In this document: positions 8,923-19,895 of the stretch, in pieces | Layout of the letters: each line of letters begins with the position of its first letter | Position numbering within the stretch: the stretch's first letter is position 1 | Source: Tortispora ganteri | Taxonomy: Eukaryota | Direction: 5' to 3' | Length of the DNA stretch: 64,000 nucleotides | NCBI GenBank assembly: GCA_003707115.1 | Contig: PPNB01000005.1 | Coordinates: 372,001-436,000 of the forward strand | The notes under the pieces: generated by a model | Database searches by the model: none | Told to the model about the DNA's origin: nothing | What the model saw: only the letters and a program-made list of their open reading frames with translations | Translations under genes and position numbers: made by a program

Positions 8923-9510
8923 ATGCTCGGTGATACAGCAACAAAATTAATGCAAGAGGCAAAAAGGACAATATCATTAGAGAAATTGCCACCTTATAAT
9001 AAAGATTCAGTAAATGCAATATGTCGTGAAATACGAATTCTTGACGCGCAAACTTCAGATATATTTACTGATCTAGCAGCGCGTAATACTGATCCTGCTA
9101 CAGATAGAACTGCAGCTTGTGCATTATTTGTTTTAAGACTTAGTCTTTTACGTAATAAAAGGTGTTTACTTGCATATCAACGGCTACGTGCAACGCGTAT
9201 TGAAGATTTAGCTTGGGCTGGTTTAGAACCTTCAGATACGTTAGCAGAAGGACTAGCTGGAGAAGAAGATGAATACCTTCGCAAATATTCGGATGCAATT
9301 GCTGAATATAAAGGTTCATGGACAAATGTTGATCTTGGTGGATCACTTGAACCTCCAAATGATCTATTTATTGATGTTCGTGTCATTAAAGATGCTGGTG
9401 ACGTTCAAACAGAGTATGGTGTCCTTACTTTAACAAAAAACTCACAATTCTTTGTACGTCAGTCTGATGTAGAACGTCTTATTCAGCAAGGTATTCTACA
9501 AAGAATATAG
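8923..9510 (+). CDS. PSF1: GINS complex subunit Psf1
   Basis: Starts MLGDTATKL (ATG 8923). Contains RNKRCLLAY, LEPPNDLFIDVRVIKDAG..QTEYG and VERLIQQG. Confidence 0.95.
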   Translation: MLGDTATKLMQEAKRTISLEKLPPYNKDSVNAICREIRILDAQTSDIFTDLAARNTDPATDRTAACALFVLRLSLLRNKRCLLAYQRLRATRIEDLAWAGLEPSDTLAEGLAGEEDEYLRKYSDAIAEYKGSWTNVDLGGSLEPPNDLFIDVRVIKDAGDVQTEYGVLTLTKNSQFFVRQSDVERLIQQGILQRI

Positions 9511-9570
9511 CTGTTACATTACTCGCTATTAAATGACATTCAAATATCATATAAATTCATTTCACTATAA

Positions 9571-12500
9571 TCACGAATCAAGAATATCAACGTATTTTTG
9601 TCTCACGTTTCGTCGTCGTAGAGGCTGCCGATTTTGTGTACTCGCTAGAAGTTCGTCCAGTTCGCTCATAGGTCCTGTCTGTGCAGTCATCTTTGCAAGC
9701 GCACTAGCCCGGTTTTTCGCACGCGGCATGGGCGCAACAGCAGGTAACGGAGCGCTAGCTGCAGAAGTCTTAGCCGTAGCTGGTTGTGATACTGCTTCCT
9801 CAACCGGCACAAGTTCAACCCTCTCTGAAACCTCGGATTGTTCCACTTTTTGTTGTACTCGCTGTTCCGCAGCAGGTGTACTCGTATACACCTTAGACGC
9901 AGACTCCTGCTCAGCTTGTGCATCAGCTTGACTAATATTATGCACAGGAGTCACCTCAAAAGAAGAAGATCGCTCCTGTTTTATTGGCGTCTCATTTGTA
10001 GATAGCTGATACGAATTCTGCGTCACTACAGCATCATTTGTACCAGAATAATCAGTAGTCAATGGACCGTATATGCCACTGGTAGTTCCAGGACTGTAGC
10101 TACCAGAACCGGCATTAAATGAAGCGATTTTATTTGCATCTGCTGAATCAGCACCACTTATTGGGTTGTACTTATTCGCAGAATTATAAGAATCAGAGTG
10201 AACTGACGCAACACTAGGCGCGTAGGTGCGAACAGGCTGGTAAGCATCGATACCACCACTTGAGTCTCGGCTAGGTTCATAAGGGTTGCTCTGTTCGATA
10301 GTCTTCTGAGTTTCAGGGGCATATGAGGGCCTTGTAGCATTATCAGTAGTAACGTTGTTGTTCGCAGTCACAGTCTCTGGTGCATAAGAATTGTAACCGT
10401 ACCCAGAGTTCATACTAGGTGCGGGCATAGTTCCACTATTTCTTCCAGTTCCCGACGTATAATCAGTACTTTCGTTAGACTTAGCATACTGACTGAAATG
10501 AGGCTGCTCACTTTTCGGTGAGGATGCAGGCCGCGTCTCAGTAGGTGCATTATCATGTTGTTCAGGATAAGCAGGACCTTCCTCCTTTAGGACTTCGCCA
10601 GGCTCTGGCAAAGGAATAGGTGCCGGAATAGGTGCAACAAACTTAGCAGGAGGCTGTTGGGCTTTCTGAGTAGGTGCTTTCGCTTTCACTGGAGCCGGTA
10701 TACTAGCAATATGTGTATTGCCAGGCCTCTTAGGAGGAGGTGGTGGAGGAGCATCGTGTTCATCTTCGGGAGAGTCAGGATTGATCCATTTTTTCTTCTC
10801 CTTATCATAAAACATTTTATTCTCACTACCAAGAAGCGCTTTGTAAACACGTTTTTCTTCTTCTTTTTTCTCACCTTTCTTCCATGGGAACCATCCTTTC
10901 TTATCATCTTTGTTCTTATCAGAATGTTCACCTTGGTCTCTTTCATCGTCTGAATCATCGCTCTTATGTGGCTTATTCGTGATAAACGTATTCAGGTCTG
11001 AATCTTCGTCTTCGCCTTTTACGGATGACTCCTTTGAAGACAAGTCGGCTGATACGTAGTTAGGAATATCAACAGTAGTGTCTACAGGTAGACTGGCCGA
11101 CGATTCTGAGTCAGAAGACGACACTTCAGGGGTATACCCACTATGTACGTCCTCTCCGTCTTCTTCTGGTCGCAAAAGAGTGTCTGACTTTGCTGCATAT
11201 GTTTCTCTAGTAAATTCAGCATCGTTATCAGCATTATCCTGCGGCCGTGGTTCTTCGTAAGACGGAGGCTGATAAGATGGAATCTGATATCCTTCATAGC
11301 TCGGTTGTGGCTCGACAGGGTTGTTCTTTACAGGAACAGACGGAACGGACGGGACGGCCTGAGACAATGGTGGAGCATACTTCACGGCATTAGCTGGAGG
11401 TGGAACAATATGATTAACGGGTCCAGACACTTGACCAAACTCAACGTCCTGTAGTGAATGTTGAGTCTCCTGTGTAGCAGAGCTTGCTGGAGAAAGAACA
11501 TGAGGAGGTGCTGAAAGGGCTGGTTTAGCTTCGGCATATGAATGTGTGGTTTCAGTTGGAGTAATTAGCTCCTCATCAGCGTTGTTCTTCACCATATCCC
11601 CCATAATGTTGCGCTGCAGAGTTGGCGCACTGCGAGCCGCAGAAGTAAACTCAGCATCGCCATGAGAACCTCGCGGAGACTCTTGTAGTTGAACTTGGGT
11701 GACAGGCAACAGAGTTTCGGGCTCTTCTGGGACAGGCGGCGTTTGTGTGTTTGTACTGTAAGCTGCGGAGAAGTTTATACGGTCATTGGCTGGAAGACTA
11801 TATGTGCCACGCAGCGCAGATGTGCTTGGAGTATCCTTTGCAAGTTTCTGGTGTACAGGTGGTGCAGGAAATTCAGCTGTATCTGTGTAAGGAGATGTCC
11901 TATAAGGAGGCACGCTAGAACTATTAACAGATCTCCTTCCTGAGAGATCAGCAATAGATGACATACGAGACAAATTGGTGTTGCTAGCAACCTTGACGAA
12001 TCGCTCGTCAGCGACACTTTTTCGGTCACTTTCGACCTCTGAATCACCAGCAACAAATTTCGTAAAACTTTTGTCAAAATGATTAAGAAGGTTTCCAAAA
12101 CTTGGTCGGAACCATCCAGAGTTCGCGTCTGCGGCTTTCTCTGCCAGCAGTTCAGCTGCCGTGCGCACAACTTCAAGGAATCTTGCAGTATAGTAAGGAT
12201 TGAATCCACGAGGAGCAGAACGAAAGATTGCAGAAATGTTACTTAAATAACGTGATGCTTCAGGCACAAATCCATGGTCAAGAAGAATCATAGCATGCTG
12301 ATACTTGAACCAAACTAAATGAGACCATTCCTTAAAAGCAGGACTCTCGTTTGATGCAAACTTGATATATTCTGCAATTTCTGTCAAGCACATGCCTTCG
12401 ATGTCGTTGGCAAAATTATTGACTGCATTTTTGGCATTAGTTGCGCCAACAAAACTGAATTCCGGCTCAGTGGTATCCAATGCTCCTCCAATAGTGACCT

Positions 12501-15500
12501 TATCGAACACAAAAAGGTAACAAGCTGCTGCCGCATAGGGACGTTCTAATTCCATCAGTTTGTCGCCTAGAAGTTTAATAGAAGAAGCTGATGTGAAGAA
12601 ACAAGTGCACAGAATAGCAAATAGTAGCTGCGGCCAGATATCCAGAGACTCGCGAGTTTCATCTTGCAAAAGATTATCGGTTGTGCCAGCCATTATCTTG
12701 TATAGCAGACCCAAAATACGACTATTTTGATCTGAGGAATGCGCTAAGACTTCCTTTCGAGCAAATTCGTTCAATGCCCGAGACCATTCCTCCTTTCCAA
12801 GTGTGCTACTAAATAAGAGAGCATGAGTCCAATTACCGTGTGCTAGAGCCAGTTCAACTACCGACTTACTGCCTCCAGTATTCAGTGTCTCCAATATGGT
12901 AGTCGCAGAAAGGTCTGCATGTGGTTTCTGCTGTTGAATAAATCCTAGGCGGTCCGTAGCAAGTAGACCATCACGTTGGACAGTTGATCCAATTAGAGCA
13001 TCACGTAGTTTAGAAATCAAATCGGTAGAAGACAACGCCTGAGGAACAATTTTGCCATCAATGTCGATTAGTACCTGCATAACTTTGTAAAGGAGAATCT
13101 TGTCGTTAGCTTGCCGTTTGAAATCACCGTGATAAGGTCGGCTTTCAATTTCAAGAAATGCGACACGAGCTTGTATCCACTGCGAAACATTCTTAGCCGT
13201 ATTCTTGTTTGCAGACTTGCTAGCAGGATTAACTAACGGGCCTGGGAAATTTCCAATTGCTTCAGGAAGCTGTACGTACTTGCTCGCATTAGCTATAGAA
13301 ATGGTAGAACTCTCGGAGGCCAAAGCATCAGATGTCGGAATGATAGATACAATACAGCCATTAGGGCTCCATAAACAAATTCCTAGTGATCTTTGTCTCC
13401 TTTGCAAATCTCCAGCAGCAGGTACTTGTTCTTGTTGGTAAACATTTGTTACCTGATAATGCGGCTGCCCATAAGTAGTTTGTTGTTGCACGGCAGTATT
13501 AATATCGTAAGAATTAGGATACGAAGACGGCGGATTTTCAGGTATAAAATTCGCATTAGCAGACGGCAATTTGGGTTGAAACTGTTCTTGAGACACCGTT
13601 TCTGGAGATATATATTGACTGTGAGGGGCTGGTGGCGCACGTCCAGGAACATTAGAAGGAACATATTGAGAAGCGACGGGTGGAGGAAGGCCATTCACAT
13701 GCGCTTTAGGGTTGAAAATAACTGATGCATTAGATGCTTGTGAGTATATACTGTCGTCTGGCTCAGCTCGAGAAGTATCAGAATTCGGTTGTGCATAACT
13801 TTCAGGTTCTAATGTCGCGTTCTTGGCTTCATGAGCAGAAGACTGTTCATTCTGAGCTGTATATTTCACGGGGTAGTGCTGTTCATACTGTTGCTGTTGA
13901 GGAATATGCCTAGGCGGGGGGGGTACAGGTATTGTATGAGCTTGTTCTGGCTCATGGTCGGCTCCGGGAACGTTTTGCGAAAAAAACTGGTGCTGCTCAT
14001 TTTCCTGATAGGGCTTCCCAGTTTTTCCATCCGATGAAGAGTTGATAGTTTCCGGAGATACTCCGGCATGTGGAATCGAAGAGAAGAAATCGGAGCGGTC
14101 TTGTGATTCTTGTTGCGCTTGTTCAGAATAATACGGAGGCACATTAGAAGCAGGTTCAGAACCTTGAGGGTATGATAGATTGTTGTTTTCTGGATATGGA
14201 TTTTGAGAATACAACTCAGGCATAGGCTGGCCAGGTTGAGAACTCTGCGGTTGATACTGATCATGAGTCGTAGGTTGCTCGTAATGAGAAATATTATCTT
14301 GTCGTGCTCCGTAAAAATCTTGCGGAGGTGCGTATGCAGAGTTTTGTTGAAAGCCTTGTCTGCTGATAGTCTGAGGTCTCTGGGAGTAGTCAAGGTAACT
14401 ATCAGTACGATAACTTTGGTTTGAAGGACCACGCTGTAAAGACTCAGGTCTTTGATTTTGAAGAGGTTGAGAGTTTTGAGAGTGCAGTTGCGGCATTACT
14501 CCATAGTTCTGAGGGATTGCAGGACTATAGCTCTGCGAAGAAATATCGTAATTCGTCATAGCAGGATGATTGTAGCTTTCCGATGGAGCAGTTTGGCCCT
14601 GTACCTGGTTATTCACCGTAGAAGGATTATATTGCTGCGGATACGCATTTGTAAGCTGCGGATAGCTTTGTTGAGAGTCAGTATGTTGATACTGCTTCTG
14701 ATATCCGTAGTTTTCATACGGTTGAAGCGGCTGCGACCCGTGGTATACATTGCTGGAATGGCTCTGCTGAGATGGGGCTCTGCTAAAGTTGTTTGGCCTG
14801 CTGAGGCCATAGTCCTGTTGCGACGAATATACATGATTAGACTGCGGATTCGAAGGTTGCTGGTGGCCGTAGTAGCTACTGTGAGACTGGGCCGGAGAGT
14901 ATTGGTTCTGTAGAGGAGGCGCATTCTGCATATGATAGAGATGACCACCTGCAGGGAACTGAGACGCAGGGGTTACAGCCGGTGAGAACGAAGTCTGTCT
15001 AGAAGGACCATGCTGTTGACTAGCATAAGATGCGACTGAGCTGACCGAGGGACGGTGTGGGTTAGACGGGGGAGGGTAATGAGGCTGTTGAGAGGGGACG
15101 CGCTGCATTGCGTTGTAGTCGGTCTGCGTCGGAAACGGTGACATGCTGGTTGCCTTGTGGAGAGTCCGTGGTGGCGGTGGAGGTAGCGTTTGACTAGTGT
15201 CGAAGGAACGGTGCGTCCCAGAGAGCGACGGACTTGCTCTAGGGTTCATGTCCGGAGAGCTATAGGCGCTCTGTGGGCCACCAATAGGTGGTGGTAAAGG
15301 GAGAGAGCCTGAAGGCTGGTAGTGGTGGTGGCGCGGTGCAGGAGCAATTTTCGGCAATGGCAACTCTTCGAAGAATGCTGGGGCCTGTTGCGACGGATTC
15401 CGCGTTTGTACAGGCGGCAAAGACTTGCCCGGGGATGTGCTTATAGCGACTGGCTGTTGCACTGGCGAAAGGACAGGTCCAGGTTTAGGGATAAGGGAAG

Positions 15501-15702
15501 CGGGGTCATTTGCAGGTTGTGACTGCGATTGGAACTGGTTCAATTGCTGGTCAGGAGGTAAGTACGTGGAGGGTGCATAAATGTTAGACTGTTGGTAGTG
15601 GTGTTGTTGCTGTTGTTGGTGCAGGGGCGGTGCGGCAGGCGCGTCGTCATCCGAAAGGAAATCGTCGTCCGTGTTAAGGAAAGCAAGCGGATCAGCAGAC
15701 AT
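9571..15702 (-). CDS. SEC16: COPII scaffold Sec16
   Basis: 2043 aa with Pro/Gln-rich disordered ends. The central conserved domain has FPGPL, WTHALL and TEIAEY. It also has LGSENKMFYDKEKKKWIN and ends in KYVDIL. Confidence 0.85.
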   Translation of the reverse strand: MSADPLAFLNTDDDFLSDDDAPAAPPLHQQQQQHHYQQSNIYAPSTYLPPDQQLNQFQSQSQPANDPASLIPKPGPVLSPVQQPVAISTSPGKSLPPVQTRNPSQQAPAFFEELPLPKIAPAPRHHHYQPSGSLPLPPPIGGPQSAYSSPDMNPRASPSLSGTHRSFDTSQTLPPPPPRTLHKATSMSPFPTQTDYNAMQRVPSQQPHYPPPSNPHRPSVSSVASYASQQHGPSRQTSFSPAVTPASQFPAGGHLYHMQNAPPLQNQYSPAQSHSSYYGHQQPSNPQSNHVYSSQQDYGLSRPNNFSRAPSQQSHSSNVYHGSQPLQPYENYGYQKQYQHTDSQQSYPQLTNAYPQQYNPSTVNNQVQGQTAPSESYNHPAMTNYDISSQSYSPAIPQNYGVMPQLHSQNSQPLQNQRPESLQRGPSNQSYRTDSYLDYSQRPQTISRQGFQQNSAYAPPQDFYGARQDNISHYEQPTTHDQYQPQSSQPGQPMPELYSQNPYPENNNLSYPQGSEPASNVPPYYSEQAQQESQDRSDFFSSIPHAGVSPETINSSSDGKTGKPYQENEQHQFFSQNVPGADHEPEQAHTIPVPPPPRHIPQQQQYEQHYPVKYTAQNEQSSAHEAKNATLEPESYAQPNSDTSRAEPDDSIYSQASNASVIFNPKAHVNGLPPPVASQYVPSNVPGRAPPAPHSQYISPETVSQEQFQPKLPSANANFIPENPPSSYPNSYDINTAVQQQTTYGQPHYQVTNVYQQEQVPAAGDLQRRQRSLGICLWSPNGCIVSIIPTSDALASESSTISIANASKYVQLPEAIGNFPGPLVNPASKSANKNTAKNVSQWIQARVAFLEIESRPYHGDFKRQANDKILLYKVMQVLIDIDGKIVPQALSSTDLISKLRDALIGSTVQRDGLLATDRLGFIQQQKPHADLSATTILETLNTGGSKSVVELALAHGNWTHALLFSSTLGKEEWSRALNEFARKEVLAHSSDQNSRILGLLYKIMAGTTDNLLQDETRESLDIWPQLLFAILCTCFFTSASSIKLLGDKLMELERPYAAAACYLFVFDKVTIGGALDTTEPEFSFVGATNAKNAVNNFANDIEGMCLTEIAEYIKFASNESPAFKEWSHLVWFKYQHAMILLDHGFVPEASRYLSNISAIFRSAPRGFNPYYTARFLEVVRTAAELLAEKAADANSGWFRPSFGNLLNHFDKSFTKFVAGDSEVESDRKSVADERFVKVASNTNLSRMSSIADLSGRRSVNSSSVPPYRTSPYTDTAEFPAPPVHQKLAKDTPSTSALRGTYSLPANDRINFSAAYSTNTQTPPVPEEPETLLPVTQVQLQESPRGSHGDAEFTSAARSAPTLQRNIMGDMVKNNADEELITPTETTHSYAEAKPALSAPPHVLSPASSATQETQHSLQDVEFGQVSGPVNHIVPPPANAVKYAPPLSQAVPSVPSVPVKNNPVEPQPSYEGYQIPSYQPPSYEEPRPQDNADNDAEFTRETYAAKSDTLLRPEEDGEDVHSGYTPEVSSSDSESSASLPVDTTVDIPNYVSADLSSKESSVKGEDEDSDLNTFITNKPHKSDDSDDERDQGEHSDKNKDDKKGWFPWKKGEKKEEEKRVYKALLGSENKMFYDKEKKKWINPDSPEDEHDAPPPPPPKRPGNTHIASIPAPVKAKAPTQKAQQPPAKFVAPIPAPIPLPEPGEVLKEEGPAYPEQHDNAPTETRPASSPKSEQPHFSQYAKSNESTDYTSGTGRNSGTMPAPSMNSGYGYNSYAPETVTANNNVTTDNATRPSYAPETQKTIEQSNPYEPSRDSSGGIDAYQPVRTYAPSVASVHSDSYNSANKYNPISGADSADANKIASFNAGSGSYSPGTTSGIYGPLTTDYSGTNDAVVTQNSYQLSTNETPIKQERSSSFEVTPVHNISQADAQAEQESASKVYTSTPAAEQRVQQKVEQSEVSERVELVPVEEAVSQPATAKTSAASAPLPAVAPMPRAKNRASALAKMTAQTGPMSELDELLASTQNRQPLRRRNVRQKYVDILDS

Positions 15703-15872
15703 TTATAATGTCTAGCCAATAAAAGCAAAGCAAATTGACGCCGGCTTGCGGTTGGATTAGTTAGCTGGAATTGAAAAGAAAAAAGGTAGTGGCTCTGCGT
15801 AAAAAAAAGGGTTCGAGGAGAGTGGCCCTTCCCAATCTAGACAAGGGTGTAGGGCTCCTATATACGCGACTG

Positions 15873-15882
15873 ATCACGTGAC
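15873..15882. promoter_or_regulatory. Cbf1-type E-box (RTCACGTG on both strands) in the SEC16/NEO1 divergent promoter
   Basis: ATCACGTGAC followed by a long AT-rich tract. Confidence 0.5.
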
Positions 15883-16216
15883 AATTAATAATCTTTGAAA
15901 CAGTAATTTGTTAGGTGATTCAGGCATAAAAAATATATAACGAATAATATAATAAGAATATATTTATCTGATTATAGTAGATTATGTAATATTATAGAAG
16001 TGGAAGAAATCGTAATGGAAAGAAGATAGTGTATATGGTAAGGAGAGTCGTTGCAAGGTTACTTCGCCTTACATTGCCTTTCACCACTTTAACGCCTGTG
16101 ATTCTCCAGTTTACGTAAAATTGCTCACTATTTAACAATTTGACGGTATTAAAAAAGCTGTTAATTTGTAGTGTGAGTTGTATTTCAATATACAGAGACA
16201 TTTTCGCCAGCTCTAA

Positions 16217-19200
16217 ATGGTCGGTTCGCGTAAACTATCTCAATTGTCGCAGACTATTCAGCTACAGTCGTTAAATACTATGGTAAACAACGAAGAAACG
16301 ACGCATGAAGAATCTATGCGGACACCATTAATTACTGATACATCTGAGACAACTGTTCGTCATATAGATATATCAGTAGGTGCTTTGTTCCCTAATAACG
16401 CCATATCTAATGCCAAATACACATGGTTCACTTTCCTTCCACTTACTCTCTTTGAGCAGTTCCGTTTCTTCTACAATCTCTATTTTCTGCTTGTAGCGCT
16501 TTCACAGATTGTTCCCGTTTTACGTATTGGCTATTTATCTAGCTATATCGTTCCACTTGCTTTTGTCTTGACAATCACACTCAGCAAGGAAGCCATTGAT
16601 GACATTTCTAGACGTCGTCGCGACAACGAGTCAAACAGGGAGACCTATACCGTGATCAACCGACCGAGTGTACTGCCCGTAATGAGTCGTGACCTTTTAG
16701 TTGGCGATATTATTGAAGTCAAGAAAGACCAGCGTGTCCCTGCAGACCTCGTCCTTCTAAAATCTACAGACTCATCTGGCGAATGCTTTATTCGCACCGA
16801 CCAACTTGATGGAGAAACAGATTGGAAACTCAGAGTACCATCACCTATTACACAAGCTGTTGCCACAAATGAAGGTTTAACTTCTGTGCGTATTACAGCC
16901 TCAGAGCCGTCAAAAGATATCCATTCCTTCGTCGGCACTTTAGAACTTGCCCCTGAAACTGCCCCACTATCAGTAGATAACACTCTATGGGCTAACACCG
17001 TTCTTGCATCGCATCCAGTCATAGGAATGGTTGTGTATACAGGCCCAGAGACGCGGCAAGCAATGAACATGAGCAAACCGCGCACAAAAGTCGGTCTCCT
17101 TGAACTTGAAATTAATTCTATCTCAAAAATACTCTGTGTGTGTGTATTTCTGCTCTCCTTTATACTTGTCGCTATACATGGGTTCGAAGGTCAATGGTAC
17201 ATATCTATTATGAAGTTCCTTATTTTGTTCTCCACAATCATCCCGGTTTCTCTAAGAGTCAACCTTGACCTCGGCAAATCTGTCTACGCGTACCAAATCT
17301 CGCATGACCGTACCATACCGGGAGTCATAGTACGAACAAGCACGATCCCTGAAGATTTGGGCCGTATAGAATATCTACTTACCGATAAGACTGGTACTTT
17401 AACGCAAAACGATATGCGCATGCGCAAGCTCCACATCGGTACAGTCTCATACTCTAGTGAGTCCATGGATGAGCTCAAGCGGTATATAGCCGAAACTGAC
17501 AAAACAAACATATCTCAAATTACTCACAATAGCACCCAGCCTGTGGGACAGCGAGGAAGAAGAGATATTGGTAACCGTGTACGCGATATAGTTCTTTGTC
17601 TTGCTACATGCCACAATGTCACACCTACAGAAGAGGAGAATGGCGAAATCACGTATCAGGCGGCCTCACCTGACGAAATCGCTATTGTTAAATGGACAGA
17701 AAGTATTGGAATACGACTACACAGACGAGACCGCACATCTATTACCTTATACAATTCTGAACTTCGCACTTATACTCACTTGAAAATACTTAAAATTTTT
17801 CCTTTTACTTCAGAGTCTAAACGCATGGGTATAATTGTGCGAGACGAAACTCGAGACGAAATCTGGTTCTATGAAAAAGGAGCTGACACTGTTATGACAA
17901 AGATAGTGCAGCAAAATGATTGGCTCGAAGAAGAGACTGGGAACATGGCTCGTGAAGGTCTCCGGACATTGGTAATAGCCAGTAAGAAATTATCTGATGA
18001 ATTATATAAGGACTTTGATCAAGCTTATACGCAAGCTTCACTACAAATTGCTGACCGCGATAATGCTATGGCGAAAGTAGTTTCTCAATATCTCGAAGTT
18101 GAGATGGTATTATTGGGTCTTACTGGTGTCGAAGATAAACTGCAGCGTAACGTCAAATCTTCTTTAGAATTGATGAGAAATGCGGGTGTACGTATCTGGA
18201 TGCTGACAGGAGACAAAGTTGAGACAGCTAAATGTATCGCTATTAGCTCCAAACTCGTTTCTCGTGGCCAGAAAATATATTCTATCACGAAACTGACTTC
18301 ACGATTCACTGCTAGCAATGACCTTGCTCATCTGCATGATAATCCCGATTGCGCTTTGCTTATAGATGGACAAAGCCTCTCGTTTATGATAAATCATATG
18401 CGGAACGATTTCATTACAACCGCTGTGCGATTGCGAGCTGTAATTGCTTGTCGATGTTCGCCAACACAGAAAAAAGACATTGCTGAGCTCATTAAAATTC
18501 ATACGGGAAAACGTGTATGTTGCATTGGAGACGGTGGTAACGACGTAAGTATGATTCAAGCTGCACATGTCGGTGTTGGAATTGTGGGGAAAGAAGGCAA
18601 ACAGGCGTCATTAGCTGCAGATTTCAGTATCAACCAGTTTTACCACTTAACTAGACTACTTGTTTGGCATGGGCGCAATTCTTATAAGAATTCTGCGAAA
18701 CTTTCTCAATTTGTCATTCACCGTGGTCTTATTATATCTATATGTCAGGTCGTTTACTCTGCTTGCAGCGAATTTGAGCCACTGGCACTCTTTCAAGGAT
18801 GGCTCTTAGTGGGTTACGCAACTATATATACCATGATGCCTGTGTTTTCACTAGTTCTCGACCGAGATATTGACGAAGATGTTGCGACATTGTACCCTGA
18901 GTTGTATCATGAGCTTATTGAAGGCCAGTCATTGTCCTACAAGACCTTTTTCATTTGGGTGCTTGTATCCGTATATCAAGGCGTTGTGATCCAAGGCCTT
19001 GCTCAGTTACTAGTTGGTTTAGCTGACGAAAAGTTCACCAAATTGGTAGCTGTAGGTTTTACTGCTTTAATCCTGAATGAGCTGTTAATGGTGGCTATTG
19101 AGATTATTACGTGGCATTATGCTATGTCAACGACCGAACTACTCTCTGGAATCATATACTTTGCATCAATCCCATTCCTCGGAGAGTATTTTGATTTGTC

Positions 19201-19333
19201 ATATATTGTGTCATTTAGTTTTATGTGGAAAGTGTTGCTAATTCTCTGTGCTTCGCTGCTACCACCGTGGATCACACGGATTGTCCAAACGCATTTGAAC
19301 CCGCCGACGTACGCAAAAGTTCAACAGGGCTAG
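16217..19333 (+). CDS. NEO1: P4-ATPase phospholipid flippase Neo1
   Basis: DGETDWKLR, IIPVSLRVNLD, DKTGTLT, TGDK, IGDGGND and a C-terminal PPTYAKV. An alternative start is at 16280. Confidence 0.95.
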   Translation: MVGSRKLSQLSQTIQLQSLNTMVNNEETTHEESMRTPLITDTSETTVRHIDISVGALFPNNAISNAKYTWFTFLPLTLFEQFRFFYNLYFLLVALSQIVPVLRIGYLSSYIVPLAFVLTITLSKEAIDDISRRRRDNESNRETYTVINRPSVLPVMSRDLLVGDIIEVKKDQRVPADLVLLKSTDSSGECFIRTDQLDGETDWKLRVPSPITQAVATNEGLTSVRITASEPSKDIHSFVGTLELAPETAPLSVDNTLWANTVLASHPVIGMVVYTGPETRQAMNMSKPRTKVGLLELEINSISKILCVCVFLLSFILVAIHGFEGQWYISIMKFLILFSTIIPVSLRVNLDLGKSVYAYQISHDRTIPGVIVRTSTIPEDLGRIEYLLTDKTGTLTQNDMRMRKLHIGTVSYSSESMDELKRYIAETDKTNISQITHNSTQPVGQRGRRDIGNRVRDIVLCLATCHNVTPTEEENGEITYQAASPDEIAIVKWTESIGIRLHRRDRTSITLYNSELRTYTHLKILKIFPFTSESKRMGIIVRDETRDEIWFYEKGADTVMTKIVQQNDWLEEETGNMAREGLRTLVIASKKLSDELYKDFDQAYTQASLQIADRDNAMAKVVSQYLEVEMVLLGLTGVEDKLQRNVKSSLELMRNAGVRIWMLTGDKVETAKCIAISSKLVSRGQKIYSITKLTSRFTASNDLAHLHDNPDCALLIDGQSLSFMINHMRNDFITTAVRLRAVIACRCSPTQKKDIAELIKIHTGKRVCCIGDGGNDVSMIQAAHVGVGIVGKEGKQASLAADFSINQFYHLTRLLVWHGRNSYKNSAKLSQFVIHRGLIISICQVVYSACSEFEPLALFQGWLLVGYATIYTMMPVFSLVLDRDIDEDVATLYPELYHELIEGQSLSYKTFFIWVLVSVYQGVVIQGLAQLLVGLADEKFTKLVAVGFTALILNELLMVAIEIITWHYAMSTTELLSGIIYFASIPFLGEYFDLSYIVSFSFMWKVLLILCASLLPPWITRIVQTHLNPPTYAKVQQG

Positions 19334-19797
19334 AGGTTTCTGTGACGTTTTTGTGAACGTTTCGTTTTTATAGCGGATTTTCGTAACCGCAAAATAGCGC
19401 GACGTTTCTTGCCTGGTTTTCTTCGACGGGTCTTTGGAGCAGTTGCCGGTAAAGTTACTACTTTGTTTGGCCAGCTAGCAGGCCATCGCACTTGCGACCA
19501 TTGTCGTAGCTGGTCAAACGTCACAGAAGATTCTGCAAACTCTGCCTTTTTTTCGGCTGATACAGTGTATTGGTAATAGCTTAGTGGTCGCTGTACTAGT
19601 TTATCTTCATCTGGGTCAATTACCACTTTTGTTACTGTACCATAGAGGTTGAATCCTTGATCGGCAGTAATATCTGTGTCATCGGTCAGTTCACCATAAT
19701 CAGACCGATCTACTATCTCGAACTCGAAAGCCACATTTGGTGCATATCCGGATTCAGAATCGTCACTATATAGGTCTGACCGCGAGACTGATTCCAT
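19330..19797 (-). CDS. Small fungal protein with acidic N-terminus and basic C-terminus (DUF2011-like)
   Basis: ATG at 19797 (MESVSRSDL). Contains QRPLSYY, WP..WP.KVV and RRRKPGKKRR. Confidence 0.6.
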   Translation of the reverse strand: MESVSRSDLYSDDSESGYAPNVAFEFEIVDRSDYGELTDDTDITADQGFNLYGTVTKVVIDPDEDKLVQRPLSYYQYTVSAEKKAEFAESSVTFDQLRQWSQVRWPASWPNKVVTLPATAPKTRRRKPGKKRRAILRLRKSAIKTKRSQKRHRNL

Positions 19798-19895
19798 GGT
19801 CGTGAGGTGAAGGCGGATGCTGGGGAAGAAAAAACCCCTTGTAAACACTATCAACCTCCCCCACCCCTCGGGTTTCTTTTCGCATCCGATTCACC

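Noticed and set aside
9533..15728. Many 60-190 aa alternative-frame and antisense ORFs inside SEC16, and likewise in UTP20, KAP123, SHP1 and PSA1
   Set aside because: They are shadows of real CDSs, have no recognisable motifs, and mostly begin at non-ATG codons.
15873..16010. CDEI-like ATCACGTG followed by an AT-rich tract, suggesting a point centromere
   Set aside because: No CDEIII (TTCCGAA core) follows. It is better explained as a Cbf1 site in a divergent promoter.
18190..18220. Alternative CUG decoding (Ser/Ala clades)
   Set aside because: CTG encodes conserved Leu in NEO1 WMLTGDK and in hexokinase ELKKGL, which fits the standard code.
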